This document shows, piece after piece, positions 15,601 to 26,804 of a stretch of DNA of 64,000 nt. Position 1 is the first letter of the stretch, and the number at the start of each line of letters is the position of its first letter. The position numbers and the translations under genes are program-made. The stretch is from Azolla caroliniana (Eukaryota > Plantae > Polypodiophyta), in NCBI GenBank assembly GCA_043228905.1, contig JBHGNT010000009.1, forward strand, positions 8,680,001 through 8,744,000, given 5' to 3'. The notes under the pieces were generated by a model. The model was not told the origin of the DNA and searched no databases. It saw nothing but the letters and a program-made list of their open reading frames with translations.

Positions 15601-16600
15601 TTTATTTTATTTATTTTAGGATTTTTTTTGGAAAAAAACCATGAAACTTTTAGTTGTTGATTTGGCCTAAAATATTAACAACAAATTCTTTTAATAACAT
15701 TACAAACATCAATTGACTTGCTCCTATGAAAAGTTCAAGTTAGTGTAGTTACTTGCCCCTTGTGCAAAATGTAACTAACTAGAGTCTTCCATATTTCTAC
15801 AAAACTATAAAGTTATTTTGTCATAGCCTCTTTATCTAGTTGTGCATGATCCTATAAAAATATTTTTTTTATCAATCTCCCTCTCTCTTTGGAGATTATT
15901 GTGGCCTTTCTCAATTTTTGATTAATTTGACGTAGAAAATGGGGATCCGAACCAAGTGTTTGTATATTGATATGCTTACCCTATAAGCATCATTCTTATT
16001 TTTATCGCGGTAATCAAAACTAGAATTTTAACAAGGACTTTTTACTTTTAAGTAAAAATTGAGATAAAGTTTGATCTACGCTATTCAAATTTCATCCACG
16101 AACCCTCATTCCTTTAAAAGCTCACATTTTATAAATTTATGTGAAGGAAAGAAATTGGCATGAGGATATACAAGCGACAAGTGAAACAAACAAACACAAT
16201 AAATTTAGAGCATCTTTGGCATGAAATGTCACATTGAATAAGGTCTTACATTAGCCATATTGGAGACTCATTGCTTAGTGTTGAGAACTATGGTAGTTTT
16301 GTGATATGATTACAATGCTAACATTTATTTCAACAAGGAGATTGGGAGACATATATAGTCCCTTTACTAAGGCATATGGAACCCAAATATGTGAATGTTA
16401 GTTATGTTTAGATGCATGGGGGGATGCCAATATTTGATGGTTAGGTATAGAGTTATTGTCATATAGCTTGTTAGTCGTAGTGGAACAAACAAAGTGCCAA
16501 CATTGAGTACTCAACCACTAATGAAGAATGAGAAGATACTAGAATGACTCTATCGATGTAGAAGCCACTATCCTACTACGTGGTCACCCCCCTCTTTTGT
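12650..16600. mobile_element. Highly decayed LTR-retrotransposon debris (gypsy integrase-like at about 12.7-13.65 kb; copia-like pieces at about 15.1-16.6 kb)
   Basis: Interrupted peptide fragments such as IDNFIRDNIIDHF (minus strand) and FRVFGS (minus strand, about 15210). No intact termini recognised. Confidence 0.35.
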
Positions 16601-17054
16601 TTGTTTTCGAAGATGAAAACATTTCTTCAAGGGGTGGTTACACGAGGACCATCATTATACGATCATGACACATTGTACATGTATTCATGCAACTTAGGGG
16701 TCATAATATAGTCTCTCTACTTCTTGTGTCTAAGTGTTAACACATGAGGGAATGCCCATATATTAGATGATTGTGAGGAAGTTAAGAAGGAGCATATGAT
16801 ACATGGAACATGAAAGGAGCATTACAAATACCTAAATGAAAAAATATTGAGAAAATATTATCAAAATGGATATCTATAGAAAAAACTCATTTTCAAAATG
16901 AAAACATGGGACATGAATCCAAAGTATACAAAACATATGAAGCTAAGTTAATCAATATATGGTTTCAAAATGGGGGGGGGGGAGGACCATGAGGTCATGG
17001 GTTCAACCCCGACATTCCACAGTGGCATCTAGTGAATTAAGAGATATGTATGAA

Positions 17055-17057
<3 letters not shown>

Positions 17058-17110
<53 letters not shown>
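17058..17110. repeat. (GA)n microsatellite
   Basis: About 26 GA units. Confidence 0.97.
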
Positions 17111-17112
<2 letters not shown>

Positions 17113-17160
17113 CTTCGGGGACATCTAATAAAATTGGAACGATACAAGGGTTAAAGCATG
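17109..17160 (+). pseudogene. U6: U6 snRNA 5' fragment (pseudogene)
   Basis: GACTCTTCGGGGACATCTAATAAAATTGGAACGATACA versus plant U6 GTCCCTTCGGGGACATCCGATAAAATTGGAACGATACA. The ACAGAGA box is broken, the 3' half is missing, and no USE/TATA promoter is seen. Confidence 0.85.
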
Positions 17161-17899
17161 CAAGTGGAAATAATTAGCTATGCAAAAAGCTACCAATGAT
17201 AAATAGTCATTTTTGCACCATGAATGAAAGCATTACAATGTTTTAACTATAGAAATAAGCACCATAAATGTGCAACATAAACGTTGTCGTGAAGATTTTC
17301 GGCAACGGTGTGAAAATTGCATGGAATGTACAAAATCGAGTGTGGTTTTCACACATGAAACAATAATAGTGAAAATACTATTTTAGATTAGCTTAATATC
17401 TTGGTACGAGAAGATGGAGGTCTTCAAGAGCTTCTGAATGTACTTTACTACATTTGAAACGGACAACTAAATGTCAAGTTATGTGAATGTGAAGTTTGGG
17501 AAGAAGACAAGAAAAACAAAACTATGAGATATCCCACATAGATAGGACAAATTAGGATCCTATAGTATATAAGCAGAGCCAGAACTTATTACTTTTTGTC
17601 TATGTGTGGAGCATAGAATGTTCTTGGGCTAAACTGTGGCTTAACTACTCGTAATGGTTTTGGAGGACCGGAACTAGACGATGACGGAATCAAAATCGGA
17701 ATCGGAACTGGATGGACGGCGACGCACCGGAACCGGACGGGGACAGCCACCGAACTGGACCGGATAGATCGGATCATCTGGTCGGATGTGGATCAGATGG
17801 ACAAGATAGACGGATAGATCAAATAGGTTGATCGCGATGATTTCAATGTGAAACAAACAAAATCATCTAGACTAAAAAACCTAGTAAAAATTTGTATAC

Positions 17900-17975
17900 A
17901 AAAGGGATGCAAGCGAGGCTTGAACCTTGCACCTCCAAGATGGGAGGCAATAAACTTACCACTAAGCCAAGTCAT
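17900..17975 (-). promoter_or_regulatory. tRNA-like Pol III A/B-box module
   Basis: Minus strand: A-box TGGCTTAGTGG (17969-17959), B-box GGTTCAAGCCT (17926-17916), hairpin CCTCC-CATCTT-GGAGG between them, and TTTT downstream. Confidence 0.6.
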
Positions 17976-18624
17976 TTCTCTAGAATTATTTTTTCTATCA
18001 TTATACTTTCACATGTAAAGTCTCATATAAGAGCTTGAATGAGTGACATGGTTAACATGCATCACATGTAATGCATGAGCGCCAAATGGCAAACATGCAT
18101 TCCATGCATTGTATGCATGTCTTGTACCCTCACATGTATCATATGCACGGGGGCATCTATAAAAGAGTGGATGAAAAAGATCAAAAGGGGCGATGTATTA
18201 ATGAAGAATAAATAAAAAAAAAGAAGAAAATTCGTTATCCAATTGATGATATATCTTGTTCCTCAAATCTAAAGTCAAGGGTTCAATCTTAATTGCTCTC
18301 TCCATTTCAATCTCTCTCAATCTAAAGTCAAGCCTTCTATCTTATCTCAATCTCTCTCTCTTTCAATCTATCTTAAATACATTCTCGTTAAAGCTAGTAC
18401 AAACTTCGAATCCTTCCAATCCAGAACCCCAGCAGTTCCGCCTCATGATCCACACATAGTGATGGATTTTTCACGACAACGTGCAACATAAATGGATATG
18501 TGCACCATAAATTATTTACCAAATTCCTAGGTCCATTATGCATGATCCATTGCCACATCACGTTGGCCATCACTTTGTGATTATTCAGGCTTAGGTTACT
18601 GCCACCGTTCCTAAACCCAATTGA

Positions 18625-19290
18625 GTCCACTCCTCCATTGCGGCCATTCTACACTCAGTTGCCGCCATTGTGTGGTCCAAGCATCATCTACCATTGTTCG
18701 ATCTGACGGAGTTCACTCCTCCATTGCGGCCATTCTACACTTAGTTTCCGCCATTGTGCGGTCCAAGCATAATTTGCTACTGTTCGATCCGACAGAGTTC
18801 ACTCCTCCATTGCCACCATTCTACACTTAGTTTCCGCCATTGTGCGGTCCAAGCATAATTTGCTACTGTTCGATCCGACAGAGTTCACTCCTCCATTGCC
18901 ACCATTCTACACTCAGTTGTTGCCATTGTTCGGTCCAAGCATCATCTACCATTGTTCGATCCGAAATACTTCACTTCTCCATTGCCGCCATTCTACACTC
19001 AATTGCTGCTACTGTTCGGTCGTGGATTGCTGCCACAGTTCGATCCGATGGACTTCACTCCTCCACTACCGCCATTCTACACTCAGTTGCCGCCACTGTG
19101 CGTTCCAAGAATGATCTGCCACTGTTCGATCTGACGGAGTTCACTCCTCCATTGCCACCATTCTACACTCAGTTGCCGCCACTATTCGGTCTTGGATTGC
19201 AATAACTATTCGATCCGACGGAGTTCACTCCATTGCCACCATTCTACACTCAGTTGCCGCCACAATTCGGTCTTGGATTCCAATAATTGT
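18625..19290. repeat. About 75-85 bp tandem repeat array (roughly 8 copies) upstream of the transposase
   Basis: Recurring core CACTCCTCCATTGCCRCCATTCTACACTCAGTTGCCGCCA...TGTTCGATCCGACGGAGTT. Confidence 0.92.
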
Positions 19291-19564
19291 TCCGTTTGTT
19301 GATTATCTTGTGTATTGTTGTGTATAATCTTGTGTATTGCGGAATAATTTTGTGTATTGTTGTTGCCCATAGTCATCTTAGCTTATTCCCGACGGTGGTT
19401 GAGTAGCTTTCACTCCGCTGCAACAAACATAAACTTACTAATAGTGGGATCGCTCCTGTGAATAACCGGTTTGCATGTGGTTTAGTAACTAGCTACGTGT
19501 CTTTTTTTTGTGGAAATTTACTAATGAATATGTCAAGAAAAATGGAAGGGGAAGGAGGGTGTTT

Positions 19565-20343
19565 ACCAATACCCCTCATGGATCATCAGGATAGGGATGA
19601 CACTATTAGGACACAACAAGCAATATGAAAGTATTGGGCAGAAAAGAAAAGGAAACATCATCAATTGTTGAAGGATACGAAACTCACATTCACTAAAGGT
19701 AAGGATAACATTGGTTGCGATATAGGTCTGAATACCACTAAGAATGGAAGTAATGAAACTACTATCTTAGAGAGAAAGGTTGTAGACTATTTCAATGTTT
19801 AGACCAAGCACATCAACAATGTTTAGACCAATACCCCTCATGGATCATCAAGATAGGGATGACACTATTAGGACACAACAAGCGATATGAAAGTATTGGG
19901 CAGAAAAGAAAAGGAAACATCGTTAATTGTTGAAGGATACGAAACTCACATTCACTAAAGGTAAGGATAACATTGGTTGCGATATAGGTCTGAATACCAC
20001 TAAGAATGGAAGTAATGAAACTACTATCTTAGAGAAAGGTTGTAGACTATTTCAATGTTTAGACCAAGCACATCAACAATGTTTAGACCAATACCCCTCA
20101 TGGATCATCAAGATAGGGATGACACTATTAGGACACAACAAGCGATATGAAAGTATTGGGCAGAAAAGAAAAGGAAACATCGTCAATTGTTGAAGGATAT
20201 GAAACTCACATTCACTAAAGGTAAGGATAACATTAGTTGCGATATAGGTCTGAATACCACTAAGAATGGAAGTAATGAAACTACTATCTTAGAGAGAAAG
20301 GTTGTAGACTATTTCAATGTTTAGACCAAGCACATCAACAATG
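19565..20343. repeat. About 260-bp tandem triplication in the transposase 5' coding region
   Basis: Units begin ACCAATACCCCTCATGGATC at 19565, 19827 and 20087 and are nearly identical. Confidence 0.95.
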
Positions 20344-20869
20344 AAGACAAGAAGGTAGTACTTTTTATGGAATATTAAATGATCCATCGTTAAAGGAGTT
20401 AGTTGATTGTGATGGTCTTAATGCAAACATAACATTTGTACTAGTAAATAATCTACTTAATAGTTTTGTATCCATGAGTAGGTCGGAAGATGATCCTATT
20501 TTAAAAAGGTCTAGTCTAATGATGTTACTTAGTAGTGATGTTGATGATCTTAACATCAGTGTGCTATCTAAGGTAATTTGTGTTAGTAGAAAAATTGTGT
20601 ACAATACAATGAACCGGATAATTTCAAGTGGTGAAGGAACTAGTCTACTAAAAGATAACAACAATATGTAAGCCAATGACACCCATAACATCAGAAATCA
20701 AGGATATAATCACCATATTTTGGACTAATGAGAGTAGGGTTTCACCCAATAAGAAGGATTTATGTAGGAAACGTGTTGGAAGGAGTCAATACGAGGAGCA
20801 TCCCATTCATTTTCTTGATGTACCTCAGGTATTTACAAATTTATCTCAACTTTTGTTTTGATTTTTAGA

Positions 20870-21391
20870 CTTAGTTAGTTAGCTAATTAGCTACCTCATA
20901 ATATGATCATAGCTAACTAGCTACTGGTAATAGGTAAATAGAGATTGACAATAGCTAACTTAGCCATTATTAACTAATTAGTTACCATAATAGCTAATTA
21001 GCTATCTCAAAATATGACCATAGCTAACTAGCTACCACAATAGCTTATTAACTACTTCCGAATATGACCATAGCTAATTAGCTACCGCAATAACTAATTA
21101 GCTATCTCAGAATATGACCATAGCTAATTAGCTACCACAATAGCTAATTAGCTACCTCAGAATATGACTATAGCTAACTAGCTAAATAACGATTGACAAT
21201 AGCTAACTTAGCTATTATCAACGAATTAGCTACCACAATAGCTAATTAGCTACATCAGAATATGAGCATAGCTAACTAGCTACTGGTAATAGCTAAATAG
21301 CGATTGGCAATAACGAACTTAGCTATTATAAGCTAATTAGCTACCACAATAGCTAATTAGTTACCTCAGAATATGACCATAGCTAACTAGC
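20870..21391. repeat. TAGCTAATTAGCTA palindrome-rich array in the transposase intron, left part (continues at 27093-27320)
   Basis: Many TAGCTAATTAGCTA / TAGCTAACTAGCTA palindromes with short linkers (CCACAA, CCTCAGAATATGACCA). Confidence 0.93.
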
Positions 21392-21760
21392 TGTCAGGAA
21401 TAGTACTAAAACAGAGATGGAATTAGTACTAAAGAAGAGTAGTACTATTAGTACTAAGGGGACGGGACTGCGTAAGACTCCCGAGAGAGGAAGTGAGAAG
21501 AGGAGAGAGAGAGATAGCGAGAATGAGAGAGAGAGAGATGATGACAGCAACTAATATATTATGTGAAAGATAAGTACAAAGCAACTAAGAGGCTTAAGAC
21601 TGGTGTTGAACCAATTTGGTTCAAAACAATGCCTTGTGCCTCCTTTTATAGTGTTTTTAGGAATAAGCCTGAAGCTTCTAGAATGTTCCAGAGAGATCTA
21701 GAATATACATCAATTTTCTATGATAAAACATAAATGAAAATAATATCCTACAAATTACAA

Positions 21761-21825
21761 TTCATAGTCTAATGGTAAGAGCTCGACCCATGTAGCATAA
21801 GGTCATGGGTTCGAGTCTTGCCATA
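21761..21825 (+). promoter_or_regulatory. tRNA-like A/B-box module in LTR U3 (identical copy at 27020-27084)
   Basis: A-box TAGTCTAATGG (21765), B-box GGTTCGAGTCT (21808), then TGCCA. Antisense to the retroelement. Confidence 0.7.
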
Positions 21826-21844
21826 TCATGACACTATCTCCCCC

Positions 21845-24800
21845 TTAAAGATGACGAGTGGAACGAGTCGGCGCTGATTGCGGACTAGGTTTGTCCGGAT
21901 ACTTTCGGTGGAAATCAGCAAGAAGATCCTGTGCATTGGCAACATGCTCGACGGGTTCCCAAGTACGTTTGCTCGGACTATAACCGAGCCAATCGACCAA
22001 GTAATAAAGGTTGTTGCGAACAAGTTTGGAATCGAGGATGGCAGCAACTTCATACTCCGGGCCGACATCCAACTCCAGCGGGGGCGGCAGTGGTGTCACA
22101 CGATCGGGAATGGTGTGTGCTTTATAAGGTTCAAGAAGAGAACAATGGAAAACCGGATGTATCTGAAGCTGCGGAGGGAGATCAAGGCGGAATGTGACAT
22201 CATTAATCTTACCCATAATACAGAAGGGACCGAGTCGTCAATAATCCAACTTGTCGCACGGTCGAGTAGTCTTGATGTGACGACGTAAGAGCCATACTCG
22301 ATCTCCGATGGCAAAAGAGGAGGGAATCTGATGACGATCCGCATAAGTCTTCTGTGTGTGTTGAGCATGACGAAGGTGAGTAGAGAGATCCATTTGGATC
22401 TTGCATAGCCTCTCCAAATGATCCTCGGCACGAGGGTTGGTAGGTAGCTCCGGGGTGTCGATCACCGACCAGCGAGGATGGAAACCGGTATAAGCGAAAA
22501 ATGGGGAGACCCGAGTCGAGGAGTGAATAGCATTATTATACGCAAACTCCGCAAAGTGGAGAATCTCGGCCCAATCGTCCTGTTGATAACTTAGGAAACA
22601 TCGGAGATATTGCTCCAGCGTTTGGTTTGTTCGTTCCGCCTACCTGTCGGTCTGAGGATGGTAGCCAGAGGAGAGGTTGCAGGAGACCTTGAGCATCTTG
22701 AAGAGATGCTGCCAAAATTTGGAGACAAATTGCGGTCCTCGGTCACTGATGATACTGTCTGGGAGGCCATGATGCCGAAATACCTCACGCATAACAAGGG
22801 CGGCGGTTTCCTCGCTAGTGATGGCTTTAGTACACGGCACAAAATGTGCCATCTTCGTATATTGATCGACGACGGTTAGGATAGCATCGAACCCCTTCGA
22901 GATCGGAAGATCTGTGATAAAATCAAGACAAATAGACTGCCACGGCTTACTTGGAATCGGTAAGGGTTCCAACAAGCCATATGGATGGTGTCGTGGCATC
23001 TTTGCTCGGCAACAAGCATCACAGGTCCGAACGTAGTCGTCGACAAAATGGCACATGTGGGGCCACCAAAAAGATCGTTGCACTAGCTCCAACGTCTTAG
23101 TACTACCAAAATGTCCCGCCGTATGGGTGTCGTGACAATGCTGGACGATTTGAAGGCGACAGGAGCAATTAGGGACATATACGCGCTTTTTAAAGAATAA
23201 CAAACCATCATGATATTCGAATTGTCGGTAGTCAATACCTGGTTCTTGAGACCGAGAACAGGATGCCCTAGAAGTATCAATGTGCGCCAGGATGTCTTGA
23301 GCAAAACTATCCGTTTTCAAGGTTGCACGTATGTCATCGGTAATCCGTGAATCCATCGAGGTGTGAAAAATCCACGTCGTGTGCAATCGTGTTGGTCCCA
23401 AGATTACTTGCTTTTGATTATCAAATGTTGCATCACCAGGACGAGGTGCAAGATATGAACGCCGTGATAGTGCATCTGCTTTTCCTTGCTGCTTCCCCGG
23501 TCGATATGTGATTTTGAAATCGAAACGCATGAGGAATTGCGCCCACCGAGCTTGTCGTCGATTTAGTACGCGAGCGTTCTGAAAATAAGCAAGATTTTTA
23601 TGATCGCTAAAGACAATGACCTGATGTGGAGAGCCCTCTAAGAAATGCCGCCATTGCACAAATGAATCCACGATGACTAATAATTCCTTGTCATGTATTT
23701 CGTAGTTGATTTCTGCGACATCGAATTTGCACGAATGGAAAGCCACCGGATCCAACTCTTCTTTATCTCCTTGTTGAGAAAGGATGCTACCGAGGGCGAA
23801 ATCTGATGCGTTGGCCTCCATGATGAATGGTTTTCTTGTATCCACATGAGCTAGAATCGATGCTGATGTAAAGGCTTTCTTAAGATGCCGAAAAGCCATA
23901 TCTGCTTCGATGGACCAAAGAAATGCTTGGCCCTTCTTCGTAAGTTGTGTGAGAGGTAAAATAATCTTTGAGTAATCCTGTATAAACTTACGGTAGAAGT
24001 TAGCAAAACCTAGAAAACATTGTAGATCTCGTACCGACCATGGAATTTGCCACTCTAGTACAGTTTGGATTTTAGCTGGATCCATGGCGATGCCCTTTGA
24101 GGAGATGACGTAGCCTAGAAATTCCACTTGCTTGCAATCAAAGCTACATTTTTCTAGCTTGGCATAAAGACCATTCTCGCGGAGTCGCTTTAGTACTAAT
24201 AGTACATGAGAATCGTGCTCTTCCTGGGTCTTCGAATAAATCAATAGATCATCCAGATAGATGATCAAATAGATATCCAAGAGGTCTCTGAATATATCAT
24301 TTGCCATGTGTTGGAAGACTGCGGGTGCATTGGTTAGGCCGAACGGCATAACAGTATACTCGAAATGCCCATACCGCGTGCGAAAGGCGGTCTTCCATTC
24401 ATCTCTCGGTCGGATCCGCACGAGGTTATACGCTCCTCGTAGGTCGATTTTAGTAAAAAACTTGGCACCATTAACTCGCTCTAAAAGACTTGATATAAGA
24501 GGAAGTGCATACCTATTCCGGATGGTGACTTTATTCAATCCGCGGTAATCAACGACGAGACGAAGTGAGCCATCTTTCTTCTTGACAAAGAAGATGGGTG
24601 CACCGGCCGGAGATTTCGAATGACGGATGAACCAGCTTGCCAAGTTCTCCTCTATGTAGGCTCGAAGGACTTCTAACTCGGTGGGTGACAAGTTGTAAAT
24701 TGGTCCCCATGGTGGCTCAGTTTCTGGTTGTAAATCGATGGGATAGTCATAGGGACGGTGATGAGGAAGGGTACCGGCTTTTACCTTGTCAAATACATCG

Positions 24801-26558
24801 GCATAAGGATGATATTTTGCTGGAAGTTGTACTGAGGAGTCCTTCTTAATAGTGCTGGAAGGATGTACTGATATTGCAAATAGGAACATTGCCTCCTTGG
24901 GTCCTTCTTCGCGTAGTTGATGGAGTGAAATGGTCGAAACTCGGTGAGTTGATTCTTGGGGTGGTCGATATCAGACTTCTCTTGTTCTCCAATCTATGGC
25001 TGGATTATGTAATTCAAACCAAGGTAATCCTAGGACAATGGGATGCTCTGGACTACTAATTATATTAAATGATATTACACACACAAAACTACCTAGGACA
25101 ACTTGAATGGGTTCTGATTCTTCTACAATATTCCCGGAAGCAATGGGACGACCATCAATGACTACTACAGATGCGGGACAAGGAAGTTTTCTTAAGGATA
25201 TCTGAGAAGCTTGGGCAAAATTTTGATCCATGAAACAGGAATTAGCTCCGGAATCTAAAAGGGCTAGGACGGGTACTGGGGGAGTACTTTTAGTACTAAC
25301 AATGACTTGGGCTAGGAACACATTGCTAACTTGCTTGGAAGGAATGGAACCACTAATGGGCTGTACAGATCTAGGGCTGCTGTCCAACCAAACAGCTCCT
25401 ATTTTGGCTGGACTCAATCGTTTAACTCTTCATCTAATTGACTAAGGATTTCAAATTTATTTGAGATACTTGGGCTATTAGTACTATGAATACTATCTGA
25501 CACTCTATTAGTACTATTAATACTATCAGACACTCCGAAGGGAAGAATTGCTCGGGTTTAGTACAGGTGACGATTTGATTTACCTGTCTTCTTGGCCTAT
25601 GGGGACAATTGATGGCGATATGCCCTGGTCCACCGCAATAAAGACATAATCGATTGGCACGTCATCATTGCTTTTCTTCTTCCAATAACGGGCCGCGTCG
25701 ACGCATGGTGTCGATCTCCATCGGTGTCGGAATATTGGCTTGAGGTACATCGCGTGCAAACGGTTTAGCCGTGATTGAGGCGTATGTGGGTTCCGGCCGA
25801 GAGCGTGGTATTTGTAACTGACGTTCCGAACGCCGTTCGAAAAGGCGGTTGTCACATCGGACCGCTCGACTGATTGCCTTTGTAAGAGACTTTGGTTCTT
25901 CGGGGAAGGTTAAAAGCAAGTCTTTGACATCGTTGCGCAAGCCGTAGCAAAACTGCTCCATGAGGGCCTAATCATCCCAGGGGATATCTGAGGCGAGTAG
26001 ATGGAAATCTGCCGCGTAGGCAGAGGCTGGACGATCGCCTTGACGCAATCTTCGGATCTTGTTGATCGCCATCCTGATGCTGTCGGTATCTCCAAAGCAG
26101 GCTTTAAACTCACCAATAAAATCTTCAAAGGATTAAGCAAGGGCGATTGTTTTTCTAGAAGCGGAGCGAACCATGCCAAGGCTGAGCCGCTAAGTAGCGT
26201 GCCTATTAGGCCGACTCGAGATGCATCGGGAAGGATGCATCTGGATGACTAAGCGTACCTGATTAAGGAATCCCCGGAATTGTGATCGCGTTCCATCAAA
26301 TTTCACAGGAAGTCCAATCTTGGGCTCTTTATGAAATCCTTGGGGACTTGATCCTTGTTGTTGCAACGTTGCTTTGAGTTGTTGTACCCGTAACGCTAAC
26401 TCCCCATGTTGTTGTTGCGTTTGTTGTTTTTCTAGAGCGATTTGTTGCAAATCCCCTATCAACCGTTGGTTTTCTTGTTCTAGGGCAACAAACTTTTCTT
26501 TTAGGCACTGTAGCTCGGAGAAAACGGATTGGTATTCTTGGGCGCTAACAGTAGCCAT
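21845..26558 (-). pseudogene. Tcn1-like gag-pol (Gag, protease, RT, RNase H, integrase, chromodomain), disrupted by frameshifts and stops
   Basis: Gag KFDGTRSQFRGF; protease LLDSGA; RT SKSPAGAPIFFVKKKDG and YLDDLLIY; RNase H YEIHDKEL; integrase HHCC with DFITDLP and SDRG; chromodomain EYEVAAILDS...WLGY...TWEP. Confidence 0.95.
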
Positions 26559-26606
26559 AGTATAGGGAAAAGGGTAGGAGGATGAGGGAGAGTGACAAGT
26601 AGGCTA

Positions 26607-26629
26607 TTTTGAACCAAATTGGTTCAAAC
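26607..26629 (-). promoter_or_regulatory. Self-priming PBS of the Tcn1-like element
   Basis: GTTTGAACCAATTTGGTTCAAAA directly after the 5' LTR. It is complementary over 21 nt to the LTR sequence at 26888-26868, just downstream of TATAAAA (26912-26906). Confidence 0.85.
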
Positions 26630-26757
26630 TGTCAGGAATAGTACTAAAACAGAGATGGAATTAGTACTAAAGAAGAGTAGTACTATTAGTACTAAGGGGA
26701 TGGGACTGCGTAAGACTCCCGAGAGAGGAAGTGAGAAGAGGAGAGAGAGATAGCGAG

Positions 26758-26804
<47 letters not shown>

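Noticed and set aside
18621-19205. Proline-rich repeat ORFs (EFTPPLPPFYTQL)
   Set aside because: Translations of a tandem DNA repeat that are open in several frames; no evidence of a real protein.
21761-21825. Functional tRNA gene
   Set aside because: No proper acceptor stem or anticodon arm; only the promoter boxes and partial D/T arms remain.
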